DNA of 63,881 bases, the filler included, from Bipalium vagum (taxonomy: Eukaryota), in NCBI GenBank assembly GCA_037834085.1. It is 3 parts of 3 records of this genome, joined end to end, with 100 filler letters (N's around TTAATTAATTAA, not from the genome) between each part and the next. Parts side by side here need not be neighbours in the genome. Positions count along the whole stretch, not along the records: positions 1 to 30,253 come from JBBMKC010001076.1; positions 30,354 to 47,706 come from JBBMKC010069970.1; 1 more part is not named here. One strand, written 5' to 3'. The number at the start of each line of letters is the position of its first letter. Position 1 is the first letter of the stretch. The notes under the pieces are model-generated. The model did no database searches. It had not been told where the DNA came from and saw nothing but the letters and a program-made list of their open reading frames with translations. This document shows, in pieces, positions 27,430 through 39,117 of the stretch. The position numbers and the translations under genes were made by a program.

Positions 27430-28559
27430 TATATGTATGTATTAATATGAAAAAATGTCAAAAAATTTTCATAAAAATTCTTTATATAATACGAGTGCAA
27501 AATCGAATTATATATTGATAGGATAACATAACAAAAATTAATTCTTTTCCCTTGATATATGACTGTAATTCATTGGTAATTATTTTATTAATGTAAAACA
27601 TTTTTCGTGTGCGAGAGAACAACGTAAAGATCATTTTTATGTTTTTGCTTTCTAAGGCTATCCCCTGGTTTACCAACTATGCAAAAAGTATTGAACATAA
27701 ACATAATATGGTCCCAGAACTAATGAATTCTCATTCAAGGTTTCACTGACAATTTTCATACAGGAGGCAATATAAATATTGAAAACAAAACAAAGTACAG
27801 AATGGATAGCCTGGAAATAAATTAAGCAATTAATAATGAATCTTTAATGTATCTGTAGAAGGAAAGCAAATGAAGATTGTAAAGCAAATGGAAGCGTGCA
27901 CTAAAAGGAGCTTTATCCCGAACACGAGATACCACATTGACCATCTGTTATGAAGGGGAGTTCCACTACCTCGACTCAATAGCATGAAGTTCCTTGCATC
28001 CTCCAACCGTGGGTTCTCGGGGTGTGTGTCTACACGAGTTTGTAAAAAGTATTATTCGGATAATAATTATTATTATTATTTGCTATCAGATTAGTCTATG
28101 CTTTGTGTTCATTTAGAGCTCAAAAAATTTTATTTTTTAATGTGCCTCTTTTCCACATTGCTTACTATTACTTATTGTTAATTAATAATGTTTAATTTTC
28201 TGTTCACAAATTACACTTACACTGACAATCGTTAATGGAATCTTTGTTTTTTGAGAACATAATTCTTTTATGATAACTCTGTGATATTGCTCTTGAAAAA
28301 ATGAGCTCGATTATTGCCTAGTATACATCGGTGAGTTTTACTCTTCATCCGCCTCTATTTATATTATTATTATTATCAACGTTTTCGTCAACATCATTTA
28401 GAAGAAAGTTTGATTGAAAATCCACGAATCTAGAATCTGGACTTAGATTGAATGTTTTTAGGAATTAATTTAGTTAGAAATCTCTACAGATCTTGCCGAT
28501 TTTAATATTAATACTTTCTATTGATAAATCAAACAGAAAATTGGAACAGCCCAATACTT

Positions 28560-29229
28560 CTCAGAAATAACCATTTCCTCCTCAATTTTTTCCTTTTTAA
28601 ATTATATTTTCCCCTTTATTGAAAATCCTGTAATTTTCTCATTTCAGTGGACATCGGATTCTCAAATAATTGGCACCACGGGAATTGGAATTCAGAATTC
28701 ACACAAACTATAATAAAATAATGTGAAAAAAAGAACAACAAAAAATTATTTATTATAAGAATAAGAACCGTTATTATATACATCATTTTGCAATATTCCA
28801 GCAAGTTTTTATTTGGTAATAAATAGCATCCTGCAAAATCTCTACGTTTTCAAGAATAAAAAAACCACTGTCTTCTCAAAATGTTCAATCGATCTACAAA
28901 GTTTTAAACGTGAGGTGCTAGGTGTGGAATATGAGAAAGATGAGCTGAATTCAATCCCACCAAGTGTAGTTAATTTGCTTCGAACACACCGATTAGCTAA
29001 TTCATTGTAATGCTGATAGAGCAGTCGCTTTCCACTTATTAAACTTGAATATTTTCTTTCCAAAATTTAATTGACTCCTTCAATCTGTTCACAGTAAAGC
29101 TCAGTATTCTCAACACGAATATATGGTACAAACTAAAAATGAATTAAACTTTCATAACTCCCGGAAACACTGATCATTGCCTTTTCCAAAATGAATTCTT
29201 TTGAACTCTTGTTTCAGGAGGTTTGTCAT
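28560..29229 (-). pseudogene. decayed spliced gene of unknown family
   Basis: Minus-strand segments bounded by plausible acceptors: FVPYIRVENTELYCEQIEGVN*ILERKYSSLISGKRLLYQHYNELANRCVRSKL...IEHFEKT and CVNSEFQFPWCQLFENP...; in-frame stop; no family recognised. Confidence 0.35.
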
Positions 29230-30253
29230 GTAAAATTCAATATTTACTTTTACTCTGATTAATAAAATATAGATTAATAAAAGCGGTCATATGTAGGAAA
29301 ATGCACATGCATATATAATCTAGGTGTTGATTAATGGTGTCTTTAGATGATTTAATCATCGTAGATAAATCACACGAGGGGCTAAATCGGAGAAACTTTT
29401 GATACAACCTAATTTAAAATAATTTAGATAAATTAATTTCAATAAAGAAAATAATAATTTCCACCAGAAACTCTGAAGCAGAAAGCTGTCCATACCATGA
29501 TATATAATGTTTGACTGTAACGAAAATCCTTTTCAAATAGGAATTAAAAATTTTATTTTCTGTCTTTGTTTTAATTTATTCTCAAGGTGTTTTTCCACAA
29601 TGATTTTCAATAGACATAGGAGCTCTATATAGTTAAGGTCTAGATTTCCGCTTTTAAAACGACCAAACAATTTTTTGAGGTTTCTTAGCTGACTACACCT
29701 ATACTCAGAAGGGAAACAATAATATTTGTGGCCTCATAAGCCGTTTTCTTAAAAAGGCAAAAAATAAACAATGTCTTCTATGTGTTTTTTTGAGATTTCA
29801 TTTGATTTATCGCTACTTATATGGAATATTAAAACAACAAAGTTTTTAAGTGATGAAATTATCACTCTTAATAATTACTTTTAATTTATAGGGGTCCTCA
29901 AAAAAAACTTCGTTTTTACAAAATTATATTTATATTATATATTATTATTATAATATTATGAAATATGTTTTTGTAGTATAATAAATAATTTAGAAAATAA
30001 AAAGTTTATTTTCGGACCCTATAATATTTACCTGTTTTGCATAAAAGTGATTTAATAGTAACTTTGGAGCCATTTAGTGAATAGGCACCTTTCCGATTTG
30101 TGCACCAAAGAAGTATAAAAAATCAAGATTGAGAGAAAATTACCAATCCATTATTTTCTTCGATTCAGATGATAGGAATACAAGATATATTTTATTTATT
30201 TTTTTTTTAAAGTTTAAGGAGAAATATCTCATGGAATTAACGAATGAGCTCAA

Positions 30254-30353
30254 NNNNNNNNNNNNNNNNNNNNNNNNNNNNNNNNNNNNNNNNNNNNTTA
30301 ATTAATTAANNNNNNNNNNNNNNNNNNNNNNNNNNNNNNNNNNNNNNNNNNNN
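30254..30353. other. assembly gap with artificial six-frame-stop linker
   Basis: N44-TTAATTAATTAA-N44. Confidence 0.97.
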
Positions 30354-30589
30354 TATATGGAATGTACATTTGTTTTTTTGTTAAATTTTTAATTATGTTT
30401 CATTTTAGTTTTTATGAAAATGTATGTTTTCATAGTATTATATCATAGAGACTCATAGGCACTTTTGTGCGTTAACGCTGATAAAATTTTTATGTGCTTT
30501 ATGGTTAAGAGCCGATTCGCATTTGATCTGATTTTATCACAATTGATGTTAAACAATGGACGAAAGTTAGCAACAGCCCACATCAGTCC

Positions 30590-31761
30590 TCAAATGAGAG
30601 GTCCACTATCTTTTTTAGACCTTCATATGCGCATGGACTGCTCTGACCCCTTAGCTACATCGACCGACTAATTTTCAATTTATCTCACAGATGTGATATC
30701 CTGAATGCTTATTCTCCAAGTTTTCGGATTTTTAGATATTTACGTAGATATGCAGGTAAATGAAATTTGCTAATTTTCTATTAGTTTTAACAATCGTTTA
30801 GTGCACTTTCTATAAATCTTTCTTTTTATGTGAAAGAAAGTCAAATCAAAGTTGGAAGAAGGAATAAGTCCGTTGAGATCTATGTAGAGTAGCCTTAGCA
30901 TCTACCATATTTTTTGTCTGTCACTTATTCCTAGATTTAAATTTTATAATAAATCTTGGATAAATTCCATGTATCTTTCAGCGTTGATATATTAATCATT
31001 TTTGAGTAATTCAAAGTTTTTTTGCGCCATGAGAGTTGTACACCATAATCAGATGAAACTTTTTCGAAATATGGTTTCTTCTCTGAACAATTAGGTGTGA
31101 AGAGTCTCCCAATCCATTAAACCATACCAAATTCTTATTATTGACATGGGGAGAAAGATCCAAGTAAACTTATTTTTCACCAGTTACATAAACATTCTTG
31201 CTTGCATTCCACTTTTTCCAACAATTCGGAAATTATCTAAGAAAGGCTGGCGCAATGTTCTTTAGTGTTCATTCGTTAAAGCATGTATTATCTATTTACC
31301 TGAAATTGACTTGAAATCTAAATGGTTACGGAGAATTCTTAGAATTTACCTTCTATCTTAGGCTGACCAAATTTGACAAAGATATCGAATTTTCTTGATC
31401 AACCAAATTTTTTTACCAAAGTAATGCTATGATCATTGACAACTAATGCTGGTTTATTGACCCTGTACTGAAATTCGTACCAATTTGTTACAATATTTTC
31501 TATACATTGACTAAATATCGATAGACATTTGTGACAGAATTGCCATTGCGTGCCATTGTCACAATAAAATAATTCACGTTTTCGGGTGACACACGATTTT
31601 TAAAATGAAAACGTAAATAAAAAATTAAGAAATAAATTTAAAGAGACCTTTACAAATTTTAAAGATTTAATTTTATTAAAAACACTTATTCAATATCCAA
31701 GCATTGGAAATGAAAATATTGGATAAATGGTTTTTGTTGGGTTCGCCAAAATCACGACCCC
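30590..31761 (-). mobile_element. highly decayed Tc1-like transposon
   Basis: Minus-strand remnants (YINAERYMEFI; C-terminal QSMR...KKDSGP, compare SMP.R...I...G); candidate terminus ...CACGACCCC|TA at 31761. Confidence 0.5.
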
Positions 31762-32690
31762 TAAGTAATAATAAAATAACATTAATAAGAATAAAAAAAT
31801 AATATTAAGATTAAAATTAATAATAATAGGATTAATTATCTCGACATACCGAGATCAATCTGAGATTGCATTACAAGGGAGATTAATTTCAAATTTTTAT
31901 TAATTTCCCGACAAGAATTTAAAATGGTGGTCTTGTCCAGTAAACAGGAAAAAAGGATTTTTGTCATTGAGGGTAATAAAGATTCTTGCTGTTTAAAAGG
32001 TTTCTGTTATTGAAAGAATATTGATAGTTTTGTTTTTGGAAAATGTTGAAGCATTTTTTTGGCAAATTCGTGAGTGCATTATTTTTCTCTTATGACTTAG
32101 TAAAAGAATTTTGCATTGAGTCCCAACGAGATTGGGAATCCATAGGCAACCGTAAAGGGCTTAGCGTGCCAGCCGGGGACAGGGATTTATTGAGTTCTAA
32201 TGATAAGTCGTTCTCATTACATTATTCTCATTTAAAAATTGATGATTTCCTTACATCTTATTAACAGATTTAATAATCCAATCGATATTTAGTCAAGAAT
32301 TCATTATTGTTCATTGATAACTTATATTTTTGTTGTGATACCAGATTGCGCTAGTTGTATCTTTGTGAGAAATACAGTTTTATTGGGATTTGTTTGATTC
32401 GAACTTCGAATGATAAGATTAATGGATTTTGATTCGAGTGTCTTTTAAATCTGGTAAGTTATTATTAACGTTAGCGAGCAAGTCATCATTTCGAGTTCAC
32501 AAGTTGATATTTGAGTTGTAGCAATGACATATTCTTAAAGATGCAAGTTTTTTGAGCTCCCTATTTAATTTAACTTTCAACCATTTAATAAAAGCATTCT
32601 TTTCAAAGAAAATAAATAATAAAAAATAATATATTTTTATGACATATGTAAACAATCATCTACCTATATTTTATGATCAACTTTGGTTCT

Positions 32691-33593
32691 TCATAAATGT
32701 GTTTCTGAAATATAAGTCCTAATCGGTTCAATTCTTTTTCTGAAAATCCCTGTCAATCTTCTCCTTAAATTTTTATTAATAAAGAACGATATTATAAAAT
32801 TCGATACGCAATTCATAAAAGAAATGGTACTTATGGTTCGAGTCACTGGAAAAGATGGTTGATATACCACAATCAACATAGGTATCAGTAGCAAAACATA
32901 AACCATTGAAGTTATAAAGGATATTAAGGTTAGCTTAATAATTCCTTTTAAATGATTTCTGCTATTGAATTGTTTCTGATGGTAAGAGTTCCATGCAAAG
33001 TAGATAGCAATAATTACATAAGCAATAATATTAAGTCCTCCAAAAGAAGTGACAACAGTTGCATAGTAATAGTAAATATAATACCTGGGTGTTAGTGACT
33101 TGGCGCAATTAAAGTTCGTTATTATTATCGAACGACATGTTATTTCAGTGGGAATTTGGATTATCAATATATAAGAAAGAAAAATGATCAAGATAATTTT
33201 TTTGGTCCACCATTCAGCCAAAGGAGATAATATTATTAACAGTCTATCCATCGCCAAAATGTCAAATACAAGAAGCTCCGCAACGTAATTGGAGCCTTTA
33301 AGAATGGGAATGATTTCCGTTCCGATTGTATGAACTGAGAGATGTATCAAGAAGACAGTCAATTCAATGAACAGGAAAACCGATGTCATCAAATCTGCTA
33401 TGGTGAGAATTTTCATTAACAGCTGAAACGTAGGTCTTTTCCCTAGAATTTCAGTGGTATACTTTTTATACATTACGAGTAGCACAACATTAACGGAAAA
33501 TCCGATTAAAAATATGGGGAAATAAATAGCAAAATGATACCATTGTGGATTCGGTCGTAACAGACTGTCAGTCAAACATTGAGAGTCGTTCAT
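32691..33593 (-). CDS. intronless rhodopsin-like (class A) orphan GPCR, 300 aa
   Basis: Intact ORF with seven hydrophobic segments and degenerate class-A motifs: TM1 GFSVN, TM2 LTIAD, TM3 AMDRL, TM6 LLIP, TM7 NCVSNF...NKNLRR (helix 8). Confidence 0.9.
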   Translation of the reverse strand: MNDSQCLTDSLLRPNPQWYHFAIYFPIFLIGFSVNVVLLVMYKKYTTEILGKRPTFQLLMKILTIADLMTSVFLFIELTVFLIHLSVHTIGTEIIPILKGSNYVAELLVFDILAMDRLLIILSPLAEWWTKKIILIIFLSYILIIQIPTEITCRSIIITNFNCAKSLTPRYYIYYYYATVVTSFGGLNIIAYVIIAIYFAWNSYHQKQFNSRNHLKGIIKLTLISFITSMVYVLLLIPMLIVVYQPSFPVTRTISTISFMNCVSNFIISFFINKNLRRRLTGIFRKRIEPIRTYISETHL

Positions 33594-33899
33594 TGCTTCA
33601 GTATGTCAATAAATAACCGAATTGTTTACGTTTATATTCATATTTTTAATGAAAGACGATTGGTGAGAATATTACGGGAAACAAAACAATGAAACATTAT
33701 TTTTAGAAATTAATTATAATTTTTACTCTTTCTGATAATTTTATCTCACCACTTTGATTTTTGAGTAAACATTTATTCAATTATTTAACTTTGACATTAA
33801 AGAGAAAACCAGACGAGGCAAATTCCATAATAAAATCCTTTTTACAAACTTTTAAATAGCAAAACCATTTTTTAACCGAAACTATGATCTCCGCAAGGT

Positions 33900-34500
33900 A
33901 ATGATGAGACAATGTGTTAGTTTCGGTGAAAATTTCAATTATTTTGAATATGTGAAAAGAATCAATTTTGTTATTGTGGGAAAATGGAATGGACCACTCA
34001 CCTCTGCAATGAGGGAAACCTTTATTTCTTCGTTTTCAATTTTATCATTCAGATATCAATCTTGGTTGAGTGAGATTGATTCTTCAAATACATTGTTTTA
34101 TATATAGGAAAAGAGCTTAAAGAAAGTTGCAAAATAATTGGAAATCATATACGGGTAACAAGAAAGGTTAAGAGGCTCTCAAAACGGGAACCCCAAAACG
34201 ATAAATAAATGATGCAGAGCTTTGTGATTTCCCACTCTTTGTGAGAAATACCCCTTTATGAGAACTCTGGCATCTGAGAAAGAATGGGTTGTGTATGAAG
34301 AAAACATGGTGCGCACAATGAGTTGATTGGTCTTAGAATTCGCAGTAATACTGAAATCCCTTTATGAAATAAAGATCATTGGTACAATATGGTGGTGTAC
34401 AGAGTTTTGTCCATTATTTAGTCTTAAGTTCTGGTCGAATCACAAATGCTGAATCCTACTGCTGCAAATCTTTAAAGAAAGAGAAACTTTTTCAAAAATG
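33900..34500 (+). mobile_element. highly decayed mariner remnant
   Basis: PFMRTLASEKEWVVYE (compare FL.RI.TGDEKW..Y), KIIGTIWWC and ITNAESYC. Confidence 0.5.
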
Positions 34501-36290
34501 ATCTTGAGTGAATTAAGAGTCATGGATCTATATTTGGAGATCTCGTTGCATCTTAAGACAATGAGATAAACAAATAAATAAACTCATGTAATTACTATAT
34601 AGCTGTATTTTGTAAATATGGAAAATAAGGGTTTTGATTGAATGAAAATAAAATATATACAAATTTTTGACTGTCTAATTTCATTTAAACTTTTTCGTTA
34701 TGACATAGCGATTGATTCAAAGAGGATATCTTTAACTTTTTTGAAATTCCATAAGAGGAGAAAACCCTTAGTCAATTATTAATCCTCAATGATTATTATT
34801 ATAAAAAATTTTTCAATTATATAATATGAAAATTGTTAATAAATTATAATCAATTGTGTATTATAAAAAACTGAATTTATTTTTAGCAATGTAATTATTT
34901 TAGAGTAAATTAATAATTTTATTTAAGATGCTTGGGTGAAAATTTTTTATTAAACATGTGCTATGTAATTAAAATTTATTTATTAGAGAAGCAATAGAAG
35001 GTAATTTTAATTTTATTAATTTAATAAATAATATTTCAACTCAATTTGTTTAAATAAACAGAAATTTTATCAGCATAGGATATTGTGATACAGTGATTGA
35101 AACAATAATTCCTATACTTCATTTCTTCAGCTAAAACAGTTTTATGTAATAAAAATCCTAAATTTTTACTGTCTTGAGAAAATCTTATTTAATTCAAGTA
35201 GTTCTCATTAAAAAAGAAGGAAATAAATTTACTTGAGGAAAAGGAATTAATTATTTCGTTTTACAAAAAATCAACTTTCAAGAACTGAAAATATTAAAAT
35301 GGCCAAAATGAAACTTTGAATCTATTTTGCTTGACTATATTATATTTAATTTTTAAAAAGTTTAAAATGACTCAAAAAGACTGAATTTGATGAAGCAACC
35401 AAACACAGTATAGTGTCGTTCATAATATTGGAAAAGAACTAAAACTATCTCACTCTACATTTCAATTTGTAATAAAAAAAGTTATCAATTAAGTGAAGAG
35501 TTAAAGAAGTTTGAGCTAAAAGGTAAATATTTCTATAGAGAAAAAACAAATAATTAACAATTATGATAATAAAAATAAATAAAAGTACGAATAATAAGAA
35601 CAAATCATACTTTAACATTTACCCAAAAATAAGTAGAGGTTGTTCAATGATAATAAGGGTTGTTAACAATAAGTGAAGGAAATTTAAATGGTTATAATTT
35701 TTTTTAAAGAATTATCAAGATAATTCAAGCGCAACCTTCATTTTCAATAACCATAGAAAAATAATATATAAAAAGAACAATTTTATGTGTTAGAGCAACA
35801 GAAAAGACGAAATCGACATTCGTTATTTGTTATTGGAAAAAGCTACATTCGTCATGCACTGTCAAAGAAGAAAGTGATATTATAGCAGATATACTACATT
35901 TTTTTTTCTAAGGATTGTGTTCAGATTCCCCATCAGAAGTCTATCCCTGAGAAATCGCAAGAGTTCATCGGTGGTTCGGGAATTTCGACGAGAGTTATCT
36001 GGCAGTGTTTTAATTGAAGATTTGATTAATTTTTTTTAATTTTCGTGTTTACCATTCAGTTATTAAATTTGATTGTTTTGTTTTGTTAATATTTAATTGT
36101 TGAAGGATTATGTGGTTGTTAGATTAGACAATTTGATGATCAATATGAATTTTATTTTCGTACTATTTGACAATAATATCATTGTTATTTTCTCTCCTTT
36201 TGAGTTAACATTATTTTTTCTAAGAAGATATTTAAATTATTATTTATAATTTGATAACTTAGTTTTTTTACTTTTCTTTTTTCTTAATAG

Positions 36291-37902
36291 AATGAAAACG
36301 ATCGCTGATAGCATTCTCTATCCTTGGCAGAAATTGAATGCTTGTCATGCCTCATTCACTCTAAAATGATCTTTGCTTTTCTGAACAATTACATCACTTT
36401 TAATGAAATGACACAAGGGGAAAATGCAATAGACTCTAATATTCGGTGTCTGTTGAAAAGTATCCTTGGTCTTGGTATTTCGTCATCGATAAAGTACATG
36501 TACACACCGAAATCTCATGGTGGAGCAGGTATTGTTTCTATTGTTGATGAATAATTATTGCTGTCAATTACAAATGTGTTTCAACTTTTCAACTCTTCCG
36601 ACGAAATCATCAGACGGATCTAAATTTCTTCGCTAATTTCTGCTGCTTCAAATCCAGGTTTTGGCAAGAAAGTCTCAATAGAACAGATTTTTGAATGGTG
36701 GAATCAAGGCGATGTTCAAAAAAAATTGCTGGTGGAAAAAGACCATTCGACGTTCGACTATTAATCAAATGAAATCACGCCATAAAATATCAATCAAATT
36801 CGAAAAGAATGAAAATGGCATTTGCTTGAAGTACTTTCAACATCTTCACTCAAGCTATCAGAACGAAGGGATCATTAAACCCAAAGACTCAAAGGTCATA
36901 TCCAAAGTTATCAACAGTCTCGTGAAACACGCATGGAACGACAGCTGGAATTCTCAATCCAGTGCAGGTCCCTCGCTTTGTCAGTCCGTCGACGCTTTCA
37001 ACAACGCCAATTTTCAACGTGAAATATCAATGGCCGCTTGTTATTTCATCCACCGTTCACGATCTTATTCTATTCAGATTAATACTCGTCACGGTTCAGT
37101 ATTCAGAGAATGCAGAAGATGCAATGAACCGGGGGAGACGCTGTCTCATTTTCTCGTTGATTGTCTTCCTTCTAAAATATTTGCAAATTCTCGCCACAAT
37201 TCAATTCAAGATCACTTGGCAGAGCAAATCAGGCAGAACACAAAGGTAAAAATCTTTGTCAATGCAAAAGCCAGTCCTTTAATTCTACCAAACGTATCGA
37301 TCTTCAAAGAGAATTTATTGAGCAAAAAATATTATTATTCCTCATCGACGTCAAATGCACTTATGATACAGAAAATAATATTTTCTGGAATCATGAGAGA
37401 AATTTGAGGCATTACGAGGAACTATTGGATCAAACGAAGAAAGTTCTGCCAGAATTGACGATCAATTTGGACACTTTTGCGGTCGGATGTCTTAGATCAT
37501 GGATGAAGCGCAACGAAACAATTCTTAAAACCCCCCAATTCTCAAGGCGGAGGTTAAAGAAATCGGCAAATTCTCTGTTTCTTCAAACATCAAGTGGGGT
37601 GCGGCTCAATGGAAATTTCATCGTGATGTTGGGAAAACATCGATGAATTTCTGTGAAATGCAAGACTATGCTGATGAATCCAATCCTAGCTACCCAATAT
37701 CTGTCAACTTAGACGAAGAAATTGATCTGCATAAATGTACTGATGAATTTATATAAACAAAACTTTTTAGAAAATTGTGATATAATTTATTGAACTAATT
37801 ATTTGTATGTTTTATTTTTTTGCCATTCTAGGCTCACAAGAATGTGCTGATGAGTTATGTTCATGCATGTAAAAATGTTTTGTAAAAAATACCATTTTGT
37901 TC
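36291..37902 (+). mobile_element. non-LTR retrotransposon with C-terminal REL endonuclease (NeSL/R5/Utopia-like), 5'-truncated and frameshifted
   Basis: YMYTPKSHGGAGI (RT thumb motif), CCHC knuckle CRRCNEPGETLSHFLVDC, RHN, then (frameshifted) KRIDLQ...LIDVKCTYD...RHYEEL...FAVGCLRSW, the REL nuclease signature of R2-group elements; short 3' UTR without poly(A). Confidence 0.88.
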
Positions 37903-37938
37903 GTTCGAATCCCGGTATCTTCGATTAATTTTCAACTA
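37903..37938 (+). repeat. 3' half (T-loop to 3' flank) of the tRNA-like repeat at 62142
   Basis: GTTCGAATCCCGGTATCTTCGATTAATTTTCAACTA matches 62194-62229 at 33/36 positions. Confidence 0.85.
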
Positions 37939-38560
37939 ACAAACTTATTAAATTTATCCACTGTGGCGATATCTTCGGCCACAGAGATGCATCCTTGTTA
38001 GAAATTTGTCAAATTTTCTAATCCCCTGTCATGCAAACCATTGAGTGTATCCCAACATTATTATTGTATAGTAGAATTAAAACTTACTGTGATTCTTTTG
38101 ATTGCTTATTTGCTTGAGAAGATACGCTAATAACATAAGTGAAGGGGTAAAAAATAATCACTACCTGAGCTTATATGAAATCTACGTTACACTTACTTTA
38201 AGAACTATAAATAAAATAAGGAACTTCAAGCTTAAATTGAAGCCTGTCTTTATTTATATCCTAAATTTATACTTACATTAAATTTGTAAAGTTTTTTCAT
38301 TATAATTTTAGTTTCCTTAAAAGTTTAAATTTTTGGAATTAAACAAAACATGGAAACCCTAACATTAAACACATTGTCTATTTTTAAAATTTATTTCTAT
38401 TACCATTGAAATTGCTAATTTTTTCTAAATATTCATATTTATTAATTGTAAATATATTATTTATATTCATCAAAAATTGATAATGAGAAATTTTATATTT
38501 TGTTTTAATATTTGATTTCCTCTAACATCTGTTTATGTTTTATTTAAAATTATTTGTATT

Positions 38561-39117
38561 ATGAAAAAGAATTTAAAATATAAATTTCAAGTTTGTTATT
38601 ATTACTTTCTAATGATATGATAGAAAATAATTATTATAGAAAAAAAATATACTTCGAAATTTAAATGATAGATCATTAGGATTAATAAATAAATTTAAAC
38701 CCTCCTCAATTGCAAATATTGAAAAACATTTACCTTATTTTTGGGTCAAAAAGTCAATTGCAACAGAAAAACATAATAAAATTTTTGCTAGTCAATGGAT
38801 AAATAATGATTCAGTTGTTTATGGCACTAAATGTAATCGACTATATTGGTTAAATGTCGAAAAACATACATCTTTTCAGATACCTTTAGTTCAAGGGTAA
38901 TTAATTTTTTATACATAATTTACATTTTAATATATATGATGGAAGAATTTCTCGTGATGATCAACAAAACGCCTATACAGATGAGCCATCGACTAATTTT
39001 GGTATTCATGCCATTAAAAAAAATCTAAGTGAAACACTTTTGGCTACTGGAGGTGAAAATGTCAACAGTGTTGGAATTTATATAATACCAGAGTTCAAAC
39101 CTCAGTTCATATTGGAG
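38561..39117 (+). CDS. DCAF12: DCAF12 (WDR40)-like WD40 gene, 5' three exons only
   Basis: Exons 38561-38590, 38640-38896 and 38946-39117 with two 49-bp GT-AG introns give [24 protein letters not shown]...[23 protein letters not shown]...[34 protein letters not shown], matching DCAF12 [40 protein letters not shown]. Downstream WD exons were not found. Confidence 0.85.

Noticed and set aside
30298-30309. TTAATTAATTAA palindrome centred in N runs (also 47751-47762)
   Set aside because: Identical artificial scaffold linker with stops in all six frames; not biological.
35964-35985. CATCGGTGGTTC resembling the 5' end of tRNA-Gly upstream of the REL element
   Set aside because: Only about 12 nt, no cloverleaf, and it does not match the 5' half of the 62142 unit.
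37670-37880. Three CTGATGA motifs near the retroelement 3' end as possible hammerhead ribozyme cores
   Set aside because: Two fall in the coding frame (ADE, TDE), and none is followed by a stem II plus GAAA.
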